The notes under the pieces: model-generated
Databases searched by the model: none
Told to the model about the DNA's origin: nothing
What the model saw: the letters and a program-made list of their open reading frames with translations, nothing else
Program-made: the position numbers and the translations under genes
Shown: in pieces, positions 10,369 through 19,418 of the stretch
Position numbering within the stretch: the first letter of the stretch is position 1
Layout: each line of letters begins with the position of its first letter
IMG/VR virus record: IMGVR_UViG_3300033407_000011
Span: 1 to 63,437 of that record
Length of the DNA: 63,437 nt
Strand: one strand, 5' to 3'
Source of the DNA: a virus

Positions 10369-11816
10369 CAGGTATTGTTCTCGCTGGCCCGGATCTGCAA
10401 TGTGGTTTCAACGCCGCTGTTGCTGATGCAATACTCGAACACGTTGCCGTCCGTGGTATCCGTGAGGGAGCCGATATCGCCAATGATTTCATCAAACCCG
10501 CCATCGGTAATGTTCCCGGCGCTGGCATTATTAATTACCGTAATAATGAAGTCCCCGATCTCGGTTGGCGGGTTCCACTGAAACGCGCCGCCGTTAATGA
10601 CCGTCTGACGTGCGCCCATACTGGGTTCAGGAGTAAAAGCACTGCTGTTTACGCCGTGATGCAAAGGGATTAGCGTGCTGTTATCAAACGGCCACAGTTC
10701 CACCTTGCCTGGTCCCGTAGCCCAGGTGCCTGCAGTGGTCTGTGTATCGGTGGTTCTGCCAATACAGATAAAGGGTACATTGGTGCGGACGGCGGCGGAA
10801 TACATGACGGTCGGGCTGTCCGCACCACCGATACCACCTTCGGCAGTGGTGCTGACAATGCCGTAATTCCCGAAATACCGGTTGGAGACCGCCAGTTCAA
10901 GCGTGCCGGCATTATCGATCAGGTACCAGTACAGGAACCCGGCCTCGGCATCCCGGTGCCCCAATGTAGAGCCGCTGGACACCACCAGACCAAGGGCGGC
11001 GGTCAGTGTCCTGACATTAAAGGTGCCATTCGTGACGGTGGCATGGCGCAGGGCAGCCTTGATCGGGCTGGCGGCACTGGCATCGGCACCAGCCGCAGTT
11101 TTAACAGCAGCCGTCAGGGCATTTGTTGCTACCGAGAAGGCCAGACCCAGGTTCTGGATCCGCCCAAAAATATTCAACTGTTCGGCGGTCAGTGTCACCG
11201 TGGCCGGGTTCAGCAATTCATACCGGGTATTCCCTGAATCGTAACGCAGGATCATTTCATAGCCAGCACCGGGAATATCACCCACGGCCAGTGCCAGGCC
11301 GCCGTTCTTGGTGATGGTGCGTGCTGGCAATTCATCCGGTGAAAAGGTGGGCGTTGTGGTCTCGTTGGCCGCGCCCGCCCGGACATTGAAATCCTGGCCA
11401 TTCACCAACGCCGTGATTGTGGGTATAAATATAGCGGTAATCGCGTCAGCCGTGCCGCCAGCAATCGCCCAATCGCTCACATCCGATTGCAATTCCTGAT
11501 TGCCTACAAACTCATCCATGAACTCCTTGGTCATAGCAAGATACACGGCATCGCCGATGGCAAAGGCTTTCTTGGTAGTGCCGCCCTGGGCGCGGTCGGC
11601 GGTCATGCTATCTGTGGTCCTGGCCGTGACTTTCAGTTTCTCGTAGTTCCCGGAACTGTCTACCAACACTACCGGATACCACTGATTGCCGGTCAAGGCC
11701 GGGAATTTGGCGCCGGCGCCTGCCGTCACACTGAAAGACACCGGATCGTCGCTGTTGTTGACGTTGGTCGTCAGCAGGGCTTCGGCATTATCGGAATACT
11801 GTACATCTTTCGCCAT
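10368..11816 (-). CDS. virion structural protein (putative tail fibre or spike-like)
   Basis: 482 aa, T/G/A/N-rich and beta-like, in the tail module. Confidence 0.5.
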   Translation of the reverse strand: MAKDVQYSDNAEALLTTNVNNSDDPVSFSVTAGAGAKFPALTGNQWYPVVLVDSSGNYEKLKVTARTTDSMTADRAQGGTTKKAFAIGDAVYLAMTKEFMDEFVGNQELQSDVSDWAIAGGTADAITAIFIPTITALVNGQDFNVRAGAANETTTPTFSPDELPARTITKNGGLALAVGDIPGAGYEMILRYDSGNTRYELLNPATVTLTAEQLNIFGRIQNLGLAFSVATNALTAAVKTAAGADASAASPIKAALRHATVTNGTFNVRTLTAALGLVVSSGSTLGHRDAEAGFLYWYLIDNAGTLELAVSNRYFGNYGIVSTTAEGGIGGADSPTVMYSAAVRTNVPFICIGRTTDTQTTAGTWATGPGKVELWPFDNSTLIPLHHGVNSSAFTPEPSMGARQTVINGGAFQWNPPTEIGDFIITVINNASAGNITDGGFDEIIGDIGSLTDTTDGNVFEYCISNSGVETTLQIRASENNT

Positions 11817-11817
11817 A

Positions 11818-12066
11818 TTATCCTCCGTGGCCAGCCTGGACTTGATCCAGTAACTGGTTTAAGGTCACTCGTAACCGCTCCACATCGTTGCGCAACGCAT
11901 TATAATCATTCTCATCCGGGGCAACAGTCAACGCATCACTTTCCAGCGCAGTAATCTGACTGACTGATCCGCCGCGAATCCCCATCACCCGCTCAAGACA
12001 TTGCTTGATCTTCTGCCCGAAGGTCGGATCGGCAGGTTTCGGTAAACTGGGCTTGTCGTGGCTCAT
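11818..12066 (-). CDS. hypothetical small protein
   Basis: 82-aa ORF coupled to the flanking genes. Confidence 0.55.
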   Translation of the reverse strand: MSHDKPSLPKPADPTFGQKIKQCLERVMGIRGGSVSQITALESDALTVAPDENDYNALRNDVERLRVTLNQLLDQVQAGHGG

Positions 12067-14474
12067 ATCCGCTCCAGGGCTTTCATGGTTTCACTGGCAG
12101 CCGCCAGTCGGGTACGCACATTGCCGGTCAGTGTAAACTCATATTCGTCACTCTTGTAGCCGCCCGGCATCCGGAAGGATCCGGTCTTAATCAGTGATTC
12201 AGCGTGGCGCAGGACGATGGCATTATTTTCCTGCTCGTTCCCGTGCATTTCAAACTGGATAAACTGGTTCTGGGCATCCACCAGATTTTCCAGAATCGTC
12301 CCTGCCATTTCAACCGTCTCCCGGTCAGTTAATGTATCATCCTTGAACGTCATCACCGCCACACCACTACCCATGGCACCGCGCAGGATGGCACGGAACG
12401 GATTGGCGGTAATGGTGCCGATCACAATGGCATTGCGGGCTATCCGGGTGGCATTTTCAGTAACAATCGCAGCGCTTTCGTCTTGATCAATATCGAATTC
12501 ACCCTCAACCCGTCCGGCACCGAAGTTACAGGGCTTCGGCACCTTGATTTGCGGGCTGGTCCACTCATACGTCATGCGCAGTGCCGGGTGCGCATCCCAC
12601 TGACTGACATTCTGATCCGTATCAATCACATAGGCAGTACCGGTTTCCGGGTCATGCCAGGCGCCATCCACATTCTGCACGGCCTGCGTGACCACGGAAC
12701 TGAGGTTATTCGGATCAAATATCAAACATTCACCGTTGCCGTTGGCATTGATCCAGAACGCATAATAGCGGTTGTCATAGAGCATCGAGGAGGCAAAATT
12801 GCCGCCATTGGCAAATTTTTTCCATTCATCCCGGGTGTAATACTCCTTGGTCAGGTTGTCCGCCACACCGCCTGGTTGAATCATCATCAACCCAAAATCC
12901 GAGGGATAAACCACGGCAAACCCCAGGGACTGGATGCCGCGCTTGGAAATACAGGGCGCAACACTTTCCACGTCATCGCCGGTGACGGTACCGGGCGTAA
13001 CGCCGGTCAGAATGGACGGCAAGGCTTTGGTCATCACGGCCAGAGACTGCCCTTCCCCGAACGCTGCCAGCCCACGGACAATATTGTTCATCAACTGACG
13101 ATTGACCAACTTCCAGGCATACGGTTTATATTGCTCTGCAAAAACGACCTCATTCTCCACGGCGCCTGCGGTCATGCCGTTGGCCATGGCGGTAATACTG
13201 TGCATCAGGCCGTCCGGCACATCGTAACCCTCGGTGACCAGATTACCCTTTAATCCGAGCCGTGGATCAGTGTCTAAGAGATCATCAGCAAAGGTCGTGG
13301 TCGCGGCGCCAGTTTCACCCACATACTCGAATTCAGTCTGGATATTGCCGGTCACCGTCCGGTAAATGACCTTTTTGAGCCCAGTCACATTCCATGGCGC
13401 TTCCCTGGTCCAGTCGCCATCGCTGGTATAGGATTGGGCCGTCGTCAGGGCAACCGTGAACAGTCCCAGTTGTACAATGCCAGCCGTATCAGCCGTATTG
13501 ACTTCATCGCCTCCGGTTTGCGTATAGGTAATGGTCTTGGCATCGTGATCCACAGCATCCAGTGTCACGGTGCCGTTATAATCACTGCCACCCACCACGC
13601 TCACGGTAATAAACTGACCAGCCACCAGATTTTCGGTGTTTTCCAGTTCCAGGATCACTACGTTAGTAGTACGTTCCCTGGTGACCGTGCGATAACTGAT
13701 ATTGATCGCACTGGCGACGGTGAATTCAGCATTGAGATCGGTCATCCCAACAATATTGGCCATCGTGATCCGGTGCCCGGCACGCAGGAAATTTACCGAA
13801 TCAGTATAAACAGTTACAACCCCACTGGTATGAACCGCTTGCACAATGCCACCGGTATTGATGAACCCGGTATCCGGCAATTCCAGGTTCCAAGTGCCGT
13901 CCGGGGCTCCGGTAAAGGTAAACGGCGGCGCGGGTCCTGACTCCTGCCCCCACGCATCGCGGAAGGTATAGAGATAGGCACGGGTGACATCGGCGGCGAC
14001 ACCCCCGGTAATGCTGGTCACCCGGCCACGGGTAGGTGGATTGGGGACGCCCAGTGCATAAAAGGCCAGCGGATAATCCGTGCCAGTATTGCCAAACCCG
14101 ACCGGATAGTTGTCCCCGCCACTGACCAGATCTACGCCTGTCGCCATCATTTCAAACGTGGCAACCCGTGGCTCATATTCCCCGGTATAATAAATGCGCT
14201 GGCGGGTATCTACGACCGCCCCGCGAATGACATCCACATCAAATGGCCACGTCGCCCAGAAATCCGATCCACCAATGCCATCATCCATGCGAAACATGGA
14301 AATGACAGCGGACTTGCTCGGAATAAACACGGCCAATGGCTGGCGTAATGGATCAATCGCACCGCTCCACAACTTGCAGTTGGCGGCAAACTGGGCGTGC
14401 AGACCAGGCAACAGGCGTTTGTCCCGCTTGGGCATCATGCCCATGAAGTTCTCCAGTTTAATCGGCCCCATCAT
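12063..14474 (-). CDS. large tail structural protein (tail tube or nozzle-like by size and position)
   Basis: ATG at 14474 forms an ATGA overlap with the upstream stop, giving 803 aa. Its position after a roughly 216-aa protein resembles the tubular A/B pair of podoviruses. No sequence motif was recognised. Confidence 0.5.
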   Translation of the reverse strand: MMGPIKLENFMGMMPKRDKRLLPGLHAQFAANCKLWSGAIDPLRQPLAVFIPSKSAVISMFRMDDGIGGSDFWATWPFDVDVIRGAVVDTRQRIYYTGEYEPRVATFEMMATGVDLVSGGDNYPVGFGNTGTDYPLAFYALGVPNPPTRGRVTSITGGVAADVTRAYLYTFRDAWGQESGPAPPFTFTGAPDGTWNLELPDTGFINTGGIVQAVHTSGVVTVYTDSVNFLRAGHRITMANIVGMTDLNAEFTVASAINISYRTVTRERTTNVVILELENTENLVAGQFITVSVVGGSDYNGTVTLDAVDHDAKTITYTQTGGDEVNTADTAGIVQLGLFTVALTTAQSYTSDGDWTREAPWNVTGLKKVIYRTVTGNIQTEFEYVGETGAATTTFADDLLDTDPRLGLKGNLVTEGYDVPDGLMHSITAMANGMTAGAVENEVVFAEQYKPYAWKLVNRQLMNNIVRGLAAFGEGQSLAVMTKALPSILTGVTPGTVTGDDVESVAPCISKRGIQSLGFAVVYPSDFGLMMIQPGGVADNLTKEYYTRDEWKKFANGGNFASSMLYDNRYYAFWINANGNGECLIFDPNNLSSVVTQAVQNVDGAWHDPETGTAYVIDTDQNVSQWDAHPALRMTYEWTSPQIKVPKPCNFGAGRVEGEFDIDQDESAAIVTENATRIARNAIVIGTITANPFRAILRGAMGSGVAVMTFKDDTLTDRETVEMAGTILENLVDAQNQFIQFEMHGNEQENNAIVLRHAESLIKTGSFRMPGGYKSDEYEFTLTGNVRTRLAAASETMKALERI

Positions 14475-15121
14475 TTGCAGTAGGCCACCACCCGGAGCCG
14501 GGCACGGGCAAAGCCTTGTGCCGCTTGTATATCTACGCTGCCCACCATGCTGTTGTATTGTTGCAAGTGCCAGGTGGCCAGATCTGGGCTGGACCAGGGC
14601 TTGTCCTTCATCATATAGCAACGATGTTTGGTGCGGTGCGTAATCGCATCGACATAGCGTTCCAGCAACACGTCCGGAACAATGGATGAACTCCGCTTGG
14701 GCGCCAGTGCCACTTTAACCAGCAAGCCAGCCGTGATCGAGACGCCAGGCGTCAACACCAACCGGATGTTACTCCGATCCAGATTGCTGAGATAATAACC
14801 TGGGGTACCGCGTCCGGTGGTGCGCCAATCGGAGTACAAGGTGTCTAGTACGGCTTCGCTGGATGGCGTCATGGGTCTGGCCTGGCCTTCAATTTGTCCC
14901 ACCAGAATATCCACGATGCGGTAATTGGTGGGGTCAACGTCCGGCGCAATCGCGTAGGTGTGCGTTTCCGCGATGACATTAATCGGGGTAAGCTGTTCCG
15001 TAATCGCCAGGCTGTCCTCAGAAAAATCCACGCAGGCGTTACGTATTTCCTGTTGCGCCACGCCCAATGGCAGGTCGCGCACATCAATCAAAATATAATT
15101 ATAAAAATCAGTCAGGTTCAT
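14471..15121 (-). CDS. virion structural protein (head-tail or tail adaptor-like)
   Basis: Internal ATG at 15121 (MNLTDFYNYILIDV...) overlaps the upstream gene by 14 nt, giving 216 aa. Confidence 0.5.
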   Translation of the reverse strand: MNLTDFYNYILIDVRDLPLGVAQQEIRNACVDFSEDSLAITEQLTPINVIAETHTYAIAPDVDPTNYRIVDILVGQIEGQARPMTPSSEAVLDTLYSDWRTTGRGTPGYYLSNLDRSNIRLVLTPGVSITAGLLVKVALAPKRSSSIVPDVLLERYVDAITHRTKHRCYMMKDKPWSSPDLATWHLQQYNSMVGSVDIQAAQGFARARLRVVAYCK

Positions 15122-15422
15122 GGGCGCATTCCAGCGGTCGAACCAGTTGACAGGGGGCCAATTGGGTAATGCCATCCTTACGTACCGGGTAATACCGGCA
15201 AAATTGCGCCGTCGCATCACTCGGCAAGTGGGCTGATTCACAGTGGCGGTAATAGCGGGTATTCAGATCGTGGTAAGCTGAGGGAATTAATGCGCCGGAT
15301 TGCTCCAGTATCTGCCGCTTGCCCACGCCATACACGGTAGGAAATTCAATCATGTCCTCAGCGGTTGCCAGCGGGGTGGCGATAATGGTAAAAATCAGCC
15401 CAATTAAAATAATTTTCGCCAT
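15108..15422 (-). CDS. small secreted protein (signal peptide, 4 Cys)
   Basis: MAKIILIGLIFTIIATPLATA-ED is a classic Sec signal with an AxA site. The gene is embedded in the operon. Confidence 0.6.
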   Translation of the reverse strand: MAKIILIGLIFTIIATPLATAEDMIEFPTVYGVGKRQILEQSGALIPSAYHDLNTRYYRHCESAHLPSDATAQFCRYYPVRKDGITQLAPCQLVRPLECAHEPD

Positions 15423-15751
15423 TATGCTAGTTGCTCCTTAAAAAACTGATAGGCCACGGTCACCCGCTGATTGACCACCTGCTCATCATCCTTGGTCTCG
15501 CAGCGCATGATAATATAATCCGCCACGCGCCGACGCAAACGGCCAGACAATGGGAAATTACTCAACAGGGTCAGGGTGCTGCTGTCAAAGGTAGTGAATT
15601 GCCCGTGAAATAAATCCGGGCGCAAGGAATACACGGCGTCCAGGGCATCCTGGGCGTATTTCAGGCACTCCGTATCTGGCCAGCGGACAGGTGGATCGTC
15701 ATTCAGTGTCTCGCGGGCCAGATCCAGAACATTCTGGATGGTGACCGGCAT
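15422..15751 (-). CDS. head-tail connector-like small protein (putative)
   Basis: 109 aa, positioned just downstream of the capsid genes. The call is by position only. Confidence 0.4.
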   Translation of the reverse strand: MPVTIQNVLDLARETLNDDPPVRWPDTECLKYAQDALDAVYSLRPDLFHGQFTTFDSSTLTLLSNFPLSGRLRRRVADYIIMRCETKDDEQVVNQRVTVAYQFFKEQLA

Positions 15752-15753
15752 GA

Positions 15754-16110
15754 TCAGGCATATCCGCCAGCGCGGCCACCGCCCATATTACGGATGCTGG
15801 TAAGGATACTGTCACGCTTCTCCTTATCAGAGAACCGCTGACCAAAATTCGCCAGCGCGTACTGACGCAACTGGGCATCGTCCATTTTACTCAAATCCGA
15901 ATAAATGGACTGTGGCATCGGCAGGCCATCGACCGGTTCCTCGTTATGTTGAGGCCCGTAGCGGCGGCCACTGATCCGCCCCTTGGGATTGCGCTGCTTC
16001 TCGGCAGCATAAGCCCGCTTGGCGCCCTTCTTCTGCCCGTAGCGCCCTGTGTACCCGGCTGTGGTGTGTTTGACCGCAACCGGGCTGTCGGATCCAATAT
16101 TGGTTTCCAT
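15754..16110 (-). CDS. small basic protein sharing its N-terminus with the capsid protein
   Basis: ATG at 16110 is preceded by GAGAGGG. METNIGSDSPVAVKH resembles the capsid N-terminus METNIASGSALAVKK. The protein is rich in K/R/G. Confidence 0.6.
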   Translation of the reverse strand: METNIGSDSPVAVKHTTAGYTGRYGQKKGAKRAYAAEKQRNPKGRISGRRYGPQHNEEPVDGLPMPQSIYSDLSKMDDAQLRQYALANFGQRFSDKEKRDSILTSIRNMGGGRAGGYA

Positions 16111-16120
16111 TAGCAACCCT

Positions 16121-16150
16121 CTCAAAATGGGGCACCCCGAAAGGTGCCCC
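16121..16150 (-). terminator. rho-independent terminator after the capsid/decoration genes
   Basis: GGGGCACC (16129..16136) and GGTGCCCC (16143..16150) form a perfect 8-bp GC stem with a 6-nt loop. On the minus strand it is followed by ATTTTG. Confidence 0.6.
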
Positions 16151-16164
16151 GGTGTTGGTCAGAC

Positions 16165-16605
16165 TTACTTCACACCCAAGTTCTGCATCTCCGCGATGGC
16201 CGTGAGCCGGCCAGCCGCAAACGTCGCGGCGGCGGTAGTCACTGTCACGATGATTTCCACGGTTTTCTGGAAGGTGATCGGCGCGAACGACAACCGATTC
16301 CTGCCAGCGGACTGAAGTATTGTCAGTCCGGATCCAAAGTAATCATCATCCGCCACCGGCGAGACGCCATCCACGGGCCGGTAACCGGCTTTCACGACCA
16401 GATCCGGATACACATTGCTATCCAGATCGGCGTTGTCGATTTCAAGCCCGGTCAGGCGCACCCCGCCAGGGATGCGAACCGGAACGTACACGGATGCCAA
16501 CGCGCCGGAGCTTGGTGTCACGGAGCCGTCCACGACGGTCGCATCACCAAACGGGCCAACGTGCAGGAGTTTACTGGCCAAATCCACTGCTTTATGTTCT
16601 GCCAT
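16165..16605 (-). CDS. capsid-associated protein (decoration-like, putative)
   Basis: ATG at 16605 follows GAGGAAA, 26 nt after the capsid stop. 146 aa and beta-rich. Followed by the terminator. Confidence 0.5.
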   Translation of the reverse strand: MAEHKAVDLASKLLHVGPFGDATVVDGSVTPSSGALASVYVPVRIPGGVRLTGLEIDNADLDSNVYPDLVVKAGYRPVDGVSPVADDDYFGSGLTILQSAGRNRLSFAPITFQKTVEIIVTVTTAAATFAAGRLTAIAEMQNLGVK

Positions 16606-16630
16606 GGTAATTTCCTCAGTTAGCGACCGG

Positions 16631-17920
16631 TTATGCCGGAACCACGAAATCCAACGCAATCACACCGTGATCGGTCGCAATCGGGGTGCCATCCTCGTCG
16701 GGTGGTGAGAAGCGTAACTTGGATTTCCCGCCCATGATTTCAGCGGCGATTTCCAGATTACGTTCAAAGTTATACCAGCGTTCCAGCCAGCCGTAGTAAT
16801 AATCGGTCGTCTGGTTGCGTCCATACACGTTGGCCAGCGCCTGGGCCCCTAACAGCAAACTGCGCTCCATCACGTACCCGGCAATACTGGGCACGGTGGC
16901 GGTACCGGTTTCTTCACCGCCCGTGTTGGCGCTGGTGTTATACGGCAAGGTGACGACGCCATCGGCGGTCCAACGCACCGAGAAGTCAATCTTCTTTACC
17001 AGAATGTTGTTCCAGATCCCCACTTCACCCTTGAACAACGGGTGCTTGGAGCCCCAGGAGGCACGGGTCCACGCATTCTGCTGGAACGTGCGCAACACCT
17101 GATTGGCGGTATTGGTCTTCATCTTGTTGTACGACCGGGCTGGCATCAGGATGACATACAGCGGTTCGTCTTCGGCGGCGGGGTCATCGGCAATCCGGAT
17201 CGGCTGTGGCCGGAACGAGAGATTGTCAATGTAATCGGCGATGACATCCACGTGCTCCAGTTTCGGGAAACAGTCACTGGTCAGGTTGTCGATTTGCTGC
17301 CCGCCCTGGATCAGGCCGGTTTCCGCACCCGCATGATCGCAGACAAAATGCCGGTTGTAGGTCGGTGCGTTGATCGCATTGATGACAATATCAGTGAAAT
17401 CCGCATCCGAATCCAACGGCACGGCCCAGTCATAACCAACCTGGGTGCCACGGCCTCCGGCCAGATGTACCAGGCAGAGTTGCGATTCCAGCCGGGGCAT
17501 GTAGCCGCCCAGATTGGCCATCGCTAACTGCCGCAGGTTGTGCTTGGTCCGCTGCTGGGTCATTTTACCGCCCACATTGACCGGCTTGGTGGCCAGATCA
17601 ATTTTCACTTCCATACTGGAGAAGGTGAGCGGGACGCCCTTACCTTCAGCATTCTGGTCGCCCATGATCGGTTTGCCGCCAATGATATCCACGGCATCGA
17701 CCGAGACGAGATCGCCTGCTGATTTACTGAGATCGGTCACCCGCACGACCGGCATGTTCGGGCTGGTCTGATTTTTCAGCTTGCGCTGGGCATCAGCCAT
17801 CTTCGGTGCCGGACCGGTCAGGTTCCGCATTAAACTGGGATTACGCAACGTCTGCGCAAACAACGCTACGCTGTATTTCTTGACGGCAAGCGCACTCCCA
17901 CTGGCTATATTGGTTTCCAT
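16631..17920 (-). CDS. major capsid protein
   Basis: 429 aa from ATG 17920 (RBS GGAGGG; the listed 17935 start is TTG). It lies directly after the scaffold gene. Size and the N-terminus METNIASGSALAVKKYSVALF are typical of HK97-fold capsid proteins of podoviruses. Confidence 0.75.
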   Translation of the reverse strand: METNIASGSALAVKKYSVALFAQTLRNPSLMRNLTGPAPKMADAQRKLKNQTSPNMPVVRVTDLSKSAGDLVSVDAVDIIGGKPIMGDQNAEGKGVPLTFSSMEVKIDLATKPVNVGGKMTQQRTKHNLRQLAMANLGGYMPRLESQLCLVHLAGGRGTQVGYDWAVPLDSDADFTDIVINAINAPTYNRHFVCDHAGAETGLIQGGQQIDNLTSDCFPKLEHVDVIADYIDNLSFRPQPIRIADDPAAEDEPLYVILMPARSYNKMKTNTANQVLRTFQQNAWTRASWGSKHPLFKGEVGIWNNILVKKIDFSVRWTADGVVTLPYNTSANTGGEETGTATVPSIAGYVMERSLLLGAQALANVYGRNQTTDYYYGWLERWYNFERNLEIAAEIMGGKSKLRFSPPDEDGTPIATDHGVIALDFVVPA

Positions 17921-17993
17921 TATGGAACCCTCCAAGTCATGTTAGTAATGACCAGGAACCAGCCCGCCCTCCGGCGGTTACTCTGCGGCTTGA

Positions 17994-19001
17994 TTAATCG
18001 GCGTGTTTCGCCAGGAAATTATCAATCCAGTCCTGGGATTTGCCTTCAAACAATGTTTCCAGTTGCAGCGCGGACAGATTCTCCACACTCTGGGCATCGT
18101 CTGGCGGCGTACCACCAGGAATTTCCGATAATGTCTCCGGGTCTACCCTACCGGCATCTTCCAGTGCTTTCTCAGCACGCTGTTTGATGTCCGCATCTGA
18201 TTCCTGCTTCTTGGCAGGGACTTTGGCAGGCCGTTTGGCCTCGGGGTATTCAACCAGTACCAGTTCAACAACCTTATTGAAACGGTCTGACAGCGGCTTG
18301 GCTTTGTAGACAGGATCCTGGCGTAACCGGACATCGTGTTCCCACGCCCGCCGGTAGGCTTCCGGATCCCCATGTTCCCATAAACTGACATACGGGTTAT
18401 TGTCCATCGCTTCACGGGCAGCGGTTTGACCGGTTTGGACTGCTATTTGGTGCTCGGCCTCGTCCTTCTGCTCCAGCGTGTTCAGTTTCTCCTGTACCTC
18501 AGTGAGTTGGGTTTTCAATCCTTTAACTGTCTTGCCCAACCCCGGGAAGTCTTCTTCCAGAGCGTCCAGTTCCGACAAGATAGCATCGGTCACCTGTTGC
18601 CCTTTATCCGCACTGCCTGACTCATCATCCAGATCCTTCTTGATCGTATCAACCCTGGCTTCGAGTCGTTTTTTCAGGTCCGCTATCGTCTGCTCGGCAG
18701 ACTCCAGTTGTTCCTTACTATACGCCTCGTTGGCCCGGGCATCCTGCAACGCCTTATACGGGATGACGTTTTTTCCGTCTTTAGATAAAATCCCTTGCGG
18801 GTCTTTATCCTGGTCATTGGCTGGTAGTTTGCCGTCTGCGCCGGGGGCTGCGCTTGTTACCCCCTCTTTGTTGACATCACTTCCAGCTTCGGTTACTGGG
18901 GGATCCTCCTCTGGATGGGCTAATGCCTCGAACTCTTTGGAGTTCTCATCCATAAATGCGGGATCCGTAAAAGTCGCTTCCGCGCCTTCATCTTTACCCA
19001 T
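17994..19001 (-). CDS. scaffolding protein
   Basis: 335 aa, highly acidic and helical or coiled (E/D/K/A/L-rich), located between portal and capsid. Confidence 0.7.
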   Translation of the reverse strand: MGKDEGAEATFTDPAFMDENSKEFEALAHPEEDPPVTEAGSDVNKEGVTSAAPGADGKLPANDQDKDPQGILSKDGKNVIPYKALQDARANEAYSKEQLESAEQTIADLKKRLEARVDTIKKDLDDESGSADKGQQVTDAILSELDALEEDFPGLGKTVKGLKTQLTEVQEKLNTLEQKDEAEHQIAVQTGQTAAREAMDNNPYVSLWEHGDPEAYRRAWEHDVRLRQDPVYKAKPLSDRFNKVVELVLVEYPEAKRPAKVPAKKQESDADIKQRAEKALEDAGRVDPETLSEIPGGTPPDDAQSVENLSALQLETLFEGKSQDWIDNFLAKHAD

Positions 19002-19109
19002 AAAGTCACCTACCTCATTACCGACTCACCGGCGGTATCGGGTCTGGACTATCGACATCCAGACAGTGCGATAAATCAACTATAAGCAATAATTCAGTGT
19101 TTCGCAATA

Positions 19110-19418
19110 TCAACGGTAATACAATACCTGCAAGGTGGCACTAGCAGCCAGTTCAAGAAATTTAATTTCTGCCAGATCGCCATCATAAAACAGTTCAAAT
19201 TCAGGACCCACCTTGATTTGCAGGCCGTCCGTACTGGTCGGGTTATTGCCATCGTCCTTATACCGGACCGCTTGGGCTTCGGCCTGGATCCTCGCATACC
19301 TGGCGCCATCTGGCACCGTCAAGCCCTTGGCGGCGCTTAATGCGGTCACTTTTTCATAGCCCATCGGGGTCAACGGGCCAGGTTTTGAATAGTCCCCCAA
19401 ATCGTCTTTCTGGATCAT
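19110..19418 (-). CDS. hypothetical small protein downstream of portal
   Basis: 102 aa. ATGA overlap with the portal stop. Confidence 0.6.
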   Translation of the reverse strand: MIQKDDLGDYSKPGPLTPMGYEKVTALSAAKGLTVPDGARYARIQAEAQAVRYKDDGNNPTSTDGLQIKVGPEFELFYDGDLAEIKFLELAASATLQVLYYR

